A DNA stretch of 64,000 nucleotides from the human T2T-CHM13v2.0 reference genome, Homo sapiens. A model generated the notes under the pieces. That model worked only from the letters and a program-made list of their open reading frames with translations. It was not told where the DNA came from and ran no database searches. This document shows positions 12,837 to 29,033 of the stretch, one piece after another (positions within the stretch are counted from its first letter, which is position 1; each line of letters starts with the position of its first letter). Location of the stretch: assembly GCF_009914755.1 (NCBI RefSeq), contig NC_060932.1. One strand, 5' to 3'. The position numbers and the translations under genes were made by a program.

Positions 12837-13419
12837 AAGACTCCTCTCCTACAGATCTGCTGCTCTGCCAATGAGGTTGATTTTCATGGGGATTTTCAGT
12901 TAGCAGAAGCAAAGTCCTTCTTTCTAAGCGTCCAGTCACCTCTAAAGCATATGCTAATTCCCTACTTAAATCTGTTTCTTTAACAACAGATTGGTGTCCA
13001 TCTCCTTTCTGAACAAGGCAGGCCTGAGGTTCCTGGGTGAGGCAGGGCAGGCAGGTATCCGTGAGGAGGGGAGGCTGGCTCGGGTGTGTCTGGCCCCTTG
13101 CAAGGTGAGGCGGCACCGACTGAGGAGGATGCCCAGGGGAGAGTCGAAGCCCCAAGAGGATGAAGTGGACATCCGTGTGTGAGACCTCAGGGCCTGAGCA
13201 GGGTACGGGGTCCTAGAGGTGGAGCCCAAACAGGCCATGTGAAGAGCCCAAGTAGGGAGAAGAAGCGATCCCAGGGAGGGGCAAGCTGGCCCAGGGCATC
13301 GGAGCCAAGGAGGGGTCTAAAGGGTGTCTACACACGGGGTGAGCCGGCACGGGGGATGGAACCCGAGCTGCGTGGGCAGGATGTCCACACAGGGGGCAGG
13401 GGGCAGTAGAGGCGATGGG

Positions 13420-14690
13420 AGACTGGGTACACACAGGAGGACTGAACACCTAAGTCAGCAATGGAAGGATGGTGAGAGCCAGCTTTCTCCCCGAGAGAAA
13501 AGGAAGTTATGGTGAGAGCCAGCTTTCTCCCCAAGAGAAAAGGGAGTTACAAACACAGAGAGAGAAAATTAAAATAAAGCCAGTGATACCGGATCGGAAT
13601 TGGAGGGATCTCTGAGAACTCATGTTTTGCGATGTATAGAGATGGATAGACGAATAGAAATGTAAATGCACGTGTACGCATGCACACGCACATACATACA
13701 TGACCTATTCACTGAGAGGGCCTGAAAGCAGTGGCATCCGAATCAGCTACATGCACACTTCAGGCCCCAACTGTGGCTTCGGAGGAATCAGGGCCCCTGG
13801 AGAGATGACTGATTGCAGGGCTGGAGCAGGGAAAGGACAACGTTAGCCTGGAGCATCTCACGCCAGAAAGCAAGGAAGAACTCAAAGAGTGATGCCCACG
13901 TGTCAGAAGGACACAGGCAGCTTGAGGGGCGCCCACTGGTCAAGTCTGAGGCAATCTGGGTATCAAAATAAAGAACTGGAGTGGATCATCACCATTAAAC
14001 AGAATGAGACTGTGAATTCATAGTGCTGTGAAGAAAGGGATGCACAGACCGGAAGGCTGATAAAGAACAGGATCTTTACATCACTTTACAGCACCTTCGT
14101 AGAAATGCTTCCAAATTTCAGAGTAACTTCACAGTGGAGAGGCCGGGCAGACACCACCTTACTCAAGTGATCATTGTGACACTGTCAGAACTGGGATGAA
14201 CCACCTGATAGGTACGATGGGAACATGGCATCATTCTGTAGTATTCCTGTCCAAATTACAGAACCTGACTCTTGTCATGAGGTAGCATCAAAGCCAACTT
14301 GAGGGGCATCCTCCGAAATAACTGAATTATAATCTTGAAAAATATCAAGGTCATGAACATTAAAGAAAGCCTGAGGAATGCTCCAGATCACAGACTGAGG
14401 CTAAAAGAATCAGATGGTTCTAAGTGGGACCCCTTCATCTAAAAGCCACTCCTGGGACAGCTGGCAAATGTGAACAGGGTCTGAGGACCGGATGGCCATC
14501 TCCTTATTTTGATGGTTATGCTGTGGGGTACAGAGAATGCTGTGTGTTGTTTGGAAACACACAGGAAAGTGCTTGCGGGTGACAGGGCATCGGGTTAACA
14601 GCTCAGCGGACTGAGGGGGTTCTTTGTACTATGCTTCAATCTTCTGTAAGTATGGGATTGCGTCAAAATTTTTAAAAATCACACAGAAAA
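13420..14690 (+). mobile_element. Old L1 3' UTR (L1MC/L1MD-like)
   Basis: actgagagggcctgaaagca...ggagagatgactgattgcagggctggagcaggg...gcctggagcatct...ttctttgtactatgcttcaatcttctgtaag. Confidence 0.7.
13469..13548. repeat. 40-bp direct tandem duplication
   Basis: atggtgagagccagctttctcccc(g/a)agagaaaagg(a/g)agtt x2, 2 mismatches. Confidence 0.93.
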
Positions 14691-14869
14691 ATTGCCAAGC
14701 ACAATAAATGTTCAGTGTAAAACATTTAGGAAATAGGACAGAAAATTAAAATAATCTATTATTCTCATCACTGAGGTAACTGTCATTAATTCCATACGCA
14801 GACTTCCAATGCTTTTGCGATGAATAGATTTTTAATAAGCTGAAATTATACTGTAAAGATATTTTAAAA

Positions 14870-15180
14870 GGGTACTTTTAAAACTTTCTCAGTGGCTACA
14901 TTTTATTCCATTGTAAAGGTGTTCAATTATTCAATTAACCAATCCTCTATTATTTCAAATTTAGATTGTTTCCAATTTCTCCTTTGTGATAAAGAACACT
15001 GCAATACACATCAGTATGCACGTCAGGTTTTGTTCTTTAGGGTATATCAGTAAAAGTGGAATCACTGGGTAATAGGGTACAGACTTCTTCAAGGTTCTTG
15101 ATACATAAAGGACTGCCACATTTCCCTGCAGAAACATTACACTAAACTATACTACACAACTGTATTGAGAGTATCTGCTA
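14870..15180 (-). mobile_element. L1ME-like fragment
   Basis: ttaaccaatcctctatt...ttagattgtttccaatt...aaaagtggaatcactgggtaatagggta. Confidence 0.6.
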
Positions 15181-16762
15181 AAAAGTGCTTTGAATTTTAA
15201 CACGATCACCATCTGTCCAGTGTTAGCTGCTTATAAGGCTTTCTCATAGACATAGTTCATCTGGCCCCTGCAACAGCCCCCTGAGGAAGAAAAGAGATGA
15301 GCAAGAACCTCCAACTACATCCAGAGAATGCCAGGCTCAGAGGCTCAGTGATGCGCCAGGCCTCCTGGCTGCCAAGGGGTGCGGCTCTGTGGTGGAAACT
15401 GCACACCGCTTCTCCTAGACGGCCCCGTCCTAGACAACCCTGCCACCGAAAAATGAAGCACTGACTTTTTCTCCCCTCAGGGTTCAAACCCAAGACCTGT
15501 TCTTTCACAAAGAACCTTGAGGGAACAAAGGCTTGAGGGCGAGTCGCCTGGTGGTCCTCTCCATCCAGACAATCCAGGGCTCCCAGACAACTCCTCACTC
15601 ACACACATTCAGTAACATCTCACCGACTTCAAGGTTTAGCAAAAAGTCCACCAAAGCTCTTCCTAATCTGGCCTAAAGCTTACAGTTGGCTCCAGCCTCA
15701 CATCCTAGAAGGGTTTGGAGTCAGCCCTCTTCCCAGGGGACCGAGGGGACCGCTGTCCCTGCACCTTACTGGATGCAGCATGAACTTTCACAGTCGGCCC
15801 CCCAATGAGGACATCTCTCACCCCTTCAGCCACAGAATTCCAGCTTGCCCTGAAGGCCACGTAGTCCCTGCTCTCCGGATCCTCCCTGGTCACACCTCTG
15901 CTGTCACCTTCCATGCTATGCCAAGACAGCCATCCCCAATCAAGACCCTGTTGCCTGGAAACTAAATAGGGGTAGTGACTGATGGGGACTTTCTCATCTC
16001 TGCACCCAGGGTCCAGCACAGCACAGTCCTCCGTCCAAAGGCTGCAGAAGTTGGTGCCTCCAAAACAACGTGCTCCTTGGACTTTCCCTTTGTAAGAAGT
16101 GTTTATACTCAGAAGAGGAAAAGGCCATTAAAAAGGGGCCGAAACCACGTAAGACTTCATTTCTAATCTTGACACCCACGGGTCTTTTTATTTGCCAGAG
16201 GCGTTTGTAAAACAGCATGATTTTCTCTCATATTATTTTATTATCACCCAAACCTCAGCCTCAGTAGACTGCCATCATCTTCCCTGTTTCCACTGTGAGT
16301 CACTGAGAAATGAGATTAGGGCTTTACTTTCACCACTGCAGCTTCACTCCATCAAGCCCACCAACGCAGAGCTTGACACAAACACAGAACAAACAGCAGT
16401 CCCCACGCAGACGGCGGGGCCTCCTAATCCCTCCAACAAGCACTCACCAAGTGAACCGAAAAGACCTTAGCCCTGGAGACCTCGGTCTAGTGGGCAAGAG
16501 AGATAGGACACAAGACAATGACAAGACGCTGATGAGGACAGGGTCATGCAGAATGCCTGGGAAAGGTGCAAGTGGGAGGCTCAGAATAACCTTCCAAGAG
16601 GAGGCCAAGTCGGAGGAGGAGGAGGAGGAGGAGGAAACAGGAAAGGGGAGAAATCCTTGATGGTGGACACAGCAGCAAGTGCTAAGGCTTGGCAGCACGC
16701 AAGAGAGGCCATGGGCACCCAAGGAACTACAAGTGGGATGGGTCATCTGAAACCTCCCTACC

Positions 16763-19650
<2,888 letters not shown>

Positions 19651-20394
19651 AGAGAACAAAACCAGGTAGCAGTCGCTGTGCTCTGAGTTAAGAAGCAGTG
19701 GTTGGTTCAGGGATTGCTGCTATAAGGTGGTGGGAGCCTGGCTTTCCTTCTATATAGAAAAGCGTAACAGAGTCAGCTCTGTGTTTTAGAAAGATGCATC
19801 ATGATGATAAAACAAAAGTGACAAATTACTAAACTCCAATCAGGAAAAGATGAAATTACAAATTACCACATCACAGTGGGGCATGGGGAGAAAAAAAGGA
19901 AATGGATTTCTCTCTCCATTTTCACATCTGTTATGTTTCCAGTGATTTGGAGAGGGAGGTAGGTACATTCCCCACGCCCTGCAAAGGCTTAAAAAAAAAA
20001 TAGACAAGGGCAGTGGTGGCTTAGGGACCAGTGGGCAGAGGAGAGGGCTGTGGGAAGGACCTGGTATGGATATTTCAGGTTCCACTGGAAAAAGCAAAGC
20101 CACACAAAACCAGGTGACCATCAGGGGATCCGGGTGTGACCTCCCTGAAGCAGCAGGAGCCCACACAGGAGGACAGGGGCACGAGGCCCGGCTGCCTGGC
20201 AGGCACAAGCAGGACAAACTCCCCGCTCAGAGCCTGTTGTCTGAGTGCCATCTTCATGGGGCCTTACTGAGCACATACATGCATTTACTTCTCGGTACCT
20301 ACCCATGGGCAAGGAACAGTGTGACACTAGAAGTACAGAAATGAGTCACAAACTCTAATCTTGTCCTCCAGGAACTTAAAACCTAGGGCAGTCT

Positions 20395-20617
20395 GGCTGG
20401 GCACGGTGGCTCACACCTGTAATCCCAGCACTTTGGGAGGCCGAGGCTGGTGGATCACCTGAGGTCAGGAGTTCAAGACCAGCCTGGCCAATACGGTGAA
20501 ACCTTATCTCTACTAAAAATACAAAAAGTAGCTGGGCGTGATCGTGAGTGCCTGTAATCCCAGCAACAGGGGAGGCTGACGCAGGAGAATCACTTGAACC
20601 AGGGAGGCAAAAGTTGC
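20395..20617 (+). mobile_element. AluS, 3'-truncated with no tail
   Basis: ggctgggcacggtggctcac...gaggcaaaagttgc followed by unique sequence. Confidence 0.9.
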
Positions 20618-21209
20618 CTAGGCTGATGGGACAGTGGGAGATCCAGGCTGTGCCACACCCTGGGTACAGCCCGAGCGGACAGGGTGCCCAAGTCAGAGGG
20701 ACAGGACCAGAGACATGAGCTGACCAAGGGTGCTGAGGAAGGCCTGATTCCAAAGCAGGAAGCATGTGCTTTGCAGACTTCCCACCTAATTAAGAGAATT
20801 TAAACCCAAGGTTGAAGGAGGAGGGACAAAAATGCCCAACTAAGCTGCAGGACTGGACAGGACAGAAATGACAAGATACCCAAAGCATGGTGGAGCAGGA
20901 GAGGGCAAAAGCCTCTCAGGAAAAAGCGGGGAGAGGGGAAAGGAAGGGCCAGCACCCACAGGGCTCGGGCAATGCACACCCACCATGGCCTGACAATTTT
21001 AACTTGAAACAGGGCCACAATTGGCAAATAGACAAAGCCATGCAGTATGCCAGGAGGGCTCACCGCATCCCCTCACTCAAGTCTTCCTGGGAGTCGGTGC
21101 TCCTCACTGGGCTGCCAGCGACTCCAAAGCAGAGACCACATGCTCCAGTGACCACCTTGGCCCCACACCTGGCACTCAAGGAGGTCTGCGTAATTAGTAA
21201 GTGCTGGAT

Positions 21210-21288
21210 CTCATCATAGAGATGACTGTCCAAGATCACTCATCATAGAGATGAGTGTCCAAAGTGCTGTCCAAAGTCCAGATCACTC
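21210..21288. repeat. Short nested tandem duplications (29-bp unit plus tgtccaaag repeats)
   Basis: ctcatcatagagatga(c/g)tgtccaa x2, then tgtccaaag and agatcactc recur. Confidence 0.8.
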
Positions 21289-21857
21289 TGGAGCGGGTAG
21301 TGAGCTTTCCACGGCAGATAACATGGTGGCGAGCACGTCCTGGGTGCCTACCGCAGACCGGCCCTGGGCGGCCTCTCCCCACGCTGCCCACTCACTGTGA
21401 CGGTCGGGGTCAAGCCACTGCGGCAGGATCTCCCACACCAGCCCCACCCCGCACCTGCTGAATCAGGTTTTACATTTTAACTAGACGTTCCACCAATGGT
21501 TTACATTTTCTTTAAAATCTGAGATGCATCTGATTCACGCTTCAGTATTTCGTTTACAATCCTACGTAGTAGATATTCACAGCTCTATCTTATATATGAA
21601 ACACTGAGGTTTGGGGATATCATGAATTTTGTCCAAGTAACGAGGTTAGCATTTAAATCCATGTATGTTTACTTTGTAAACCATAAACATATACGATTAT
21701 AATTTTTCAATAAGTAAAACCAAATCCAGGTATGTTTGATTCTGAAATTTGTGCACATAAGCATATCATGTGTTATTAGCAAATCTCCATGAGATATTGG
21801 CATAATACATGCCAATATTACTGTCATCTTATTAAAGCAATAATTAAAATAGCAGCT

Positions 21858-22166
21858 GACCGGGTGCACTGGCTCACGCCTGTAATCCCAACACTTGGGG
21901 AGGCAGAGATGGGTGAATCACTTAAGGTCAGGAGTTTGAGATCAGCCTGACCAACATGGTGAAACCCCATCTCTGCTAAAAATACAAAAATTAGCCAGGC
22001 ACGGTGGGCAAACACCTGTAATCTCAGCTACTCAGGAGGCTAAAGCAGAAGAATCACTTGAATCTGGGAGGCGGAGGTTGCAGTGAGCCAAGATTGCACC
22101 ACTGCACTCCAGCCTGGGCGACAGAGTGAGACCCCAATCTCATAAATAAATAAATAAATGTAAAAA
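21858..22166 (+). mobile_element. AluS
   Basis: Full dimer, (TAAA)n tail, TSD taaaatagca(g/a)ct. Confidence 0.93.
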
Positions 22167-23244
22167 TAAAATAGCAACTAATCCTGGAGTGTACTAAACT
22201 ATGTGTTAGGCACTGTGTGTATGTTTAACACACAATCTCTCTCTGGGCTCCGGGTTTGTTAAGAAGGGGCTCGGGAGAGGTAAAAAGGATGCCCCACGTC
22301 CTAAAGGCCCTTTCTAAAGTAGCGTCTTTGCCAGTTCTGTTCTCTCTCAGTGTGATGTGCTCTCACTGCATCCCCCGGTCCCTCTATGTGCTTGCTGGAA
22401 TTTATGGTAATTTTCAGTTCTGGCCTGACTGATCCCAGAAGGTGAGACCAGCTTCTGTCTCTGGGTTGATGCTTCCCTGTATGGGGACAGGAGCTCAGAA
22501 CAGTAAGCGCATTCTGCCTTGTCCACTCGCAGTATAAACCAGCAGAGATACACAATAGCAGGAATGCATCTGCTGTGCTCGGCCTTCAGAAGAGGGAAAC
22601 AAGTGGTAAGCAAACAAACAGGTTGGTGCCGGTATTTTTTCTCTTAAAAAGATAAACAAAATGGGGGGATTGGTGTCAGATACACGGCAGCATGGTCAAC
22701 CCTGATCTAGGGAGTGGCCAATGTCTGCAGCCTGGGGCAGTGACCCAGGTGTGCAGTCTGAGGGTGCAGAGGGCTGAACCATCACAGAAAACCAGCTGTG
22801 CTCGGTCAGAGTCAGAGACTCAATGACATCCTAATGCTCAGCGAATTGGGAGTAGGCCACGCACGATACCTGGAAGCTCTGAGGTTTAGGCACAGAAGTC
22901 CACATCACACCCATTCTAGAAAGAACAGCCAACTAAGGATTTAGAAGTGAAGGATGGCACAGGTAAGGGATCCTTGAAGTCAAGAGTCCAATGGGCACAG
23001 AAGGCTGAGGGGGACAGCAAGTCAGGGAATGGTGGATTCCTGCCACTCCTGTTCCCACTGCCGGGAGCCTGTCCCATCCCTGGCCTGGCACATTCCTATC
23101 CCTACTTTACGGCCTGCTCAGATTTTGTGAAACCCTCCTCAAAACCCTCCCTGGGAGAGTTAGGTCCTCCTCCCACCTTGTATCCCTTTCACCTTGACTA
23201 CACGGTGCTCACAGGAATGTTCTCATAAAGAGAGACACAGAATT

Positions 23245-23800
23245 TCCGATCCAGCATTTCACACGGGGGTTATACCCAACAGAACGATGTGAATACGTGT
23301 ACCAAAAAGACACAGACGAAAACATCCATCCAGCATCCTTATATAACAGCGCCAAATGGGAAATAACCCAAAGGCCCATCAACAGCAGAATGAATCCACT
23401 GTGGTGTATTATACAGGGGAATACGGTAGTCCAGTGAAAAATGTGTAAACTACTGCCACATACAAAAACATAACATTGAGGAAAAGCCAGATACAAAAAA
23501 AAAGTACTCATCGTACAAAGCCATTTATGTGAAGTTCAAAACAGGCAAAATAACCTATGGTATTAGGTTTGGGACAGCTGCTACCCTGGGGAGGAACGGA
23601 CAGTGAATGGGCAGGGGCACCGCAGGAGGCCCTCCGAGAGCTGCTGATGTCGCATTTATCATTCTGAGAGGTGGTTATCTAACAGCGTTCAAAAGCCCGC
23701 AGTTTTGCCAGGGTAGTCAGTATTTCGTTATGCTGTATGTCACCTTATGATGTGTGCATTTTTCTGAGTTTATGCTTTAATTCAATAAAAAGTTCATTTT
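23245..23800 (+). mobile_element. L1ME-like 3' end
   Basis: gatccagcatttcac...cccatcaacagcagaatgaat...ccatttatgtgaagttcaaaacaggcaaaa...ttcaataaaaagtt. Confidence 0.75.
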
Positions 23801-24989
23801 TAAACAAACAGCTACCATTTACTGAGGGAGTGGAATATGTTCATTATGAATAACAACGACCACACCCAGTGAAGGCAGGACCACAACGGGGTGCTTGTGT
23901 GCAGTGAGTGGCAAACAGCTGTGTGTCCCACGAGGGCAAGTGCAGGGGTGAGCACACGCAGGGGCAGGGAACCAGTCAAGGGCTTCTTGGAAGTAGCCCT
24001 TACTCATCCCATAGTCTTTGATGAACCACTCATTGAATCAGGAGCGGCTCTCTCCTTTGTCTTAGAATTCAGACATCCCAGCTCCCAGTGGCAGCCCTTT
24101 GGCTTCCTTAAACCACTCCTTCGCATGTTTATAAATTACATTTAACTTGTTCAGATAGGCTATTCATTCCAGAGATGCATGTCCTCCGATTAAGTGAGAA
24201 GTTCTAAAGAGCAAGAAACTTCTGTTTTCCTACTGGTGTTGTGTGGTGGTGGGTTTTTCGGTGGGTTTTTTTGTTTTTGTTTTGGCCTGGATATTTAATA
24301 CCTTGCTTTCCCCAGTATGCTTGGTGTTATCTGGCATTGAACAAGAGCATCGAAGTGTGTCTTCTATACATCAATCAGCGAATGAAACAATTCAACAAAG
24401 CATCCTCCCATACAGTGATTTAGAGAGAACAATTGTATGCACTTCAGAATTCCACCCATAAATCCCTCATGTCCCACTGCCTTTCTGCCTCCCAGATCTT
24501 GCCACATTACCCACATAGCTATCTTCGTAAAGCAAAGTTGGACCAAGTCAGTTCTTCCCTCCGAAACCTGCAGTGACTCCTCAGTAAGTAGTCATTCCTC
24601 AGTAAGGTGCTCTTGGCCTTCAGTGGTCAAGCGCCATGTTATCTTTCCAGGCTCAACTTCCACTAGATCCCTCCAGAGATTTATTTCTGCTACAATCACC
24701 ACCCCAATGGGCTGCACGGTCAGTTTTCCCCTCAGCCAGTCACTTCTCTACTACTTTCCCTCGCAATACTAATCATAGTTAATCCCGAGGAGATGTCCAA
24801 ATGGCAGCTTTTCAACATTTCTACAGAGCACTTCTACTGTCTTTTTATAATAATTATTTTGTTCTTCATGCTAACATACTTAACTATAAGCAACTTGTGG
24901 GCAGGAGAACCAACCACATTTCTAACATGGCATTCCTCATGGGAGAGTTCATTAAAAGCATGGGGAATTCGTAAGTCTACTTATTAGAC

Positions 24990-25356
24990 TATAGTTGTCC
25001 TCCCTTTTCCCCTGTTCACTTCCCATGGTTTCAGCTGCCCGTGGTCAACCGTGGTTCAAAAATATTAAGTGGAGAATAGCGGAAATAAACAATTTGTAAG
25101 TTTTGGATTGAGTGCCTTCTGAGTAGCATGATGAATCTCTCACCGCCCTGCTCTCTCCCTCCTGGGACCAGCATCCGCCCTTATCTGGCGCATCCACACT
25201 GTAGACACTCTCGACCCATCAGTCACTTAGGAGCTGCCTTGGTTATCAGATTTTTTTAAAACCCAGTACACATAAGGTTCAGTACTATCCACAGTTTCAG
25301 GCATCTGCTGGGGGTCTTGGAACACACACCCCCAAGGATAAGAGGGGACGACTGTA
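24990..25356. mobile_element. MER44A-like Tigger MITE
   Basis: Degenerate TIRs (tagttgtcctccctt / aagaggggacgactgta) and internal ggtcaaccgtggttcaaaaatattaa...gagtagcatgatga. Confidence 0.75.
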
Positions 25357-25610
25357 TGTCTCTGTTCTGTTTGTTTTGAACCCACTGACCCATGAGTCCT
25401 TCTAGATAAATCAGGACTGCACCATGCCCTAAAGGATGCCAGTTTCACAGCTTGTTGTAGTGGTGCTCTAGTTAACAAATGAATATTCATAAAGAGATAC
25501 TTTGATTTTTAAAATCAATAAGTTGCTAAATGAGAGAAATCATATGCAGTGAAGCAGGAACAACAGATCTTAAGGGACTGGTTAGTCCATATTCAAAATC
25601 AAAAGATGAC

Positions 25611-26013
25611 TTCAGCACCCCGGCGGGCGGCAGTGGCTACCTAGCTACCTTTACTGTTATATATGTTAAGGGCAGGGGGAACCTTGACCAATATTAATTA
25701 GTAGTGCTGCCCACTCATTTGTCCAGTTTATTCACTGTTGAAACATAAAATGCACTCCATTTTGGTTTCCGTTTCAGAGTACATTTATGCATTCAAATGC
25801 TGCTGAGCACCCTGGGGGAACAAAGCACAGGGCTGATAGACTCTTCCAAGGCAAAAGGGTTAATGGTAACCATGGCAACTGCCTCCAAGAATAGCATCAT
25901 CTGCAGCAGCATTCATGCTGGGGCAGTCGACAGAATGGTTATAAATATACCTATTAGCAGCCTGAGCTGAATCTTTAAACAGCACTGTTGGGAGGAAAGG
26001 TGCCTAAAAATAG
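25611..26013. promoter_or_regulatory. Candidate enhancer with RE1 half-site, RFX X-box, SOX and MEF2 motifs
   Basis: TTCAGCACC at 25611, AACAAAG at ~25819, GTAACCATGGCAAC at 25866 and CTAAAAATAG at 26004, in sequence I did not recognise as a repeat. Confidence 0.4.
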
Positions 26014-27659
26014 CTCCCCACGCTTGCATTTGAAGACATGTCCTCAGACACACGGCATCTCGTGCACACATTCGCACACGCACAGAAAGATTTTTCATTT
26101 TCTTTTTTCTCCAAGTGCCAAGAATTGAACATTAGAGGCACACAATAGACAATGTGACATCTGATGACCTTCCTCTTTCATTGCCAGATTCCAAAAAGCA
26201 CCCCCAAAACAGAAAGGGCAGCCATGTGCTGGTCCAGATGCAACAGTAGGCTGGTGTGGGCCGGCACCGCAGCAGCCCCGGTGTCCACATGGCAGTGTGG
26301 CCCTGGCAGGCTCCATGTGCCCTGCTCACTGGGAAGGCTGCTCCTGCAGTGGCCTCACATTGGAGACAACAGGCTGGACTGAATAGCTGCTCCCAGCAAG
26401 GAGGTGGCTGATTCCCACCCTCACAGCCCTGCCAGGTTGACAGCCCACTTCTTCCATGCAGTCTTCTCCTATTTCCCCCACTTTTACACTCCAGGGACAT
26501 CTTACCCACATTTCTCATAAAAGATGGGTTATTTTCCACATAGGATCAGGGTGCTTGAAGCTAGACAGTTGCAGGCTTTAATTTCAGCTTAGCCACGTTA
26601 TTAGTTTACTGGCCTAAATAAATTAGCCTCTCCAAACCTTCATTTCTTCATTTGTAAAGAGGCATAATGAAATGCCAAATGTAGAGAGCTGCTATAAGGA
26701 ATAAATCAGAGAGTAAAAGAAAAATGCCCGCACCTGGTAGTGTCCAACTTGTGAGTTTTCTTCCTCTTCTCACTCACTCTTCTACTCAGATACATTAAAA
26801 CCCTCTGGAAAGCAGGGACCATATCACCCAAACTACATATCCAAGTAGCACAGCACCCAGGATAAAAGCAGCTGTTAGTGGAGTGAGTGAATGAGTGGCT
26901 GGAGCTCCACAGTGAGCTCTGGGACACAAATATAGAAAGGAACAGGACAGAGAATAAAGGCAGCTGAGACAGTGTGCTGGTTAGCATGCGTTTCCCTGAT
27001 TAGTATTTGTAAGAACATTATCAAAAATAGTTCATCTCCAGGTGGTGTACAGGCATCCATCAATCAAAGCACAGCTGGGCAGAAGTCTGGGCATGGTCAT
27101 GCCAGGGGCCCTGGCAGCATGATCTGTGCCCTGCTCATTCAGGCTTCAGCTGCACTGCCCACTTCCCTGACTCCCTTTCACTGATCTATCAGTGGGACTC
27201 ACTCTTATAGTCTACATACCAGTCCTCTGATGGCTATATGTCAGTCACGTCTCCTCCCCTTTTGGAAATTCTCTAACTTTTCTTCGTTTGGGATATTTCA
27301 TATATACAGAAAAATGCGTAACACATGTAACTTGCATGTAAATTTTGCTCATAATGTCCTTCTTAGAAGTTTGTAAACATTTAATAGAATCAAACTGATC
27401 AATCTTTTCCTTCCTGGTTTGTGCTTTATCTGCCAAGCTTAAGAAACTCTTTCCTACCCCATGGTCTTTAAGACAGGCTCCTACATTATCTTCTAAAATT
27501 TTAAACATGTTTGTCATTCATACCTGTGTATTTATCCTACCGGGTGCTGATTTTGTTAGTGGCATTTCAAATTTTTTCATATGCATAACCAAATGTCCCA
27601 GCATCTTTTATGAAAAGTTCTGATTTTCTTCCACTGATTTATAATGCCCCCATGCCATT

Positions 27660-27819
27660 CCATATTCCATCAATTCTAAAATTCTTATCAGAAGGTTTTC
27701 ATAAAACTATGTATGGTCTGCCATCTGGCTGACAACAATTATAAAACTCCAGAGATTGTAAGATGAATCTGTACTTCAAGAATAAAACAAAGATGCTTCC
27801 TAGAATTACTGACATAGTG
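27660..27819. mobile_element. MER104-like (Tc2/Kanga) MITE
   Basis: Degenerate TIRs ccatattccatcaattctaa / ctagaattactgacatagtg interrupting the L1. Confidence 0.55.
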
Positions 27820-28289
27820 CATATCAAACTTCTCTATACCTATAAATCTGATTTGGGGCTTTCTATTCTCTTTCATTTGTCTATTTGTCAAATAAATAAT
27901 CTGTATAAGACTATTTTAATTACTATTGCTTTATAAGCCTTAATATCTAATAGGCCAAGACCCCTTAACTTGGCCACATCCTTCAGTTTATCTTGGCTAT
28001 TCTTGGCTCCTTCTTCTAGTATATGAATTCTAACATTTACTTCTCAAGTTGATTTTTAAATTCCTGTTGGAATTTTGCCAGGAGTTATGTGCAATTCATC
28101 AATAGAGAGTAAGTTGACATCTTCAAAATATTGAGTCTTCTAATCCATGAATATGGTATATTTTGCTATTTCATCAGGTCTACATTTACATTTTGTATGT
28201 TTATTGTTTCTTAATATTCTTCATAAAGTCTTGTACACGTCATGAGGTTCTTTTCAAGGTACCTCAGGGTACTGTTGGCTAATGAATGA

Positions 28290-28617
<328 letters not shown>

Positions 28618-28695
28618 TAATTGTATTTTTCTAACTGGTTTTTATGGATCTAGATGAATGTTACTAATTTATGTTGAATAGAGGAAACCTGTTGA

Positions 28696-29033
<338 letters not shown>

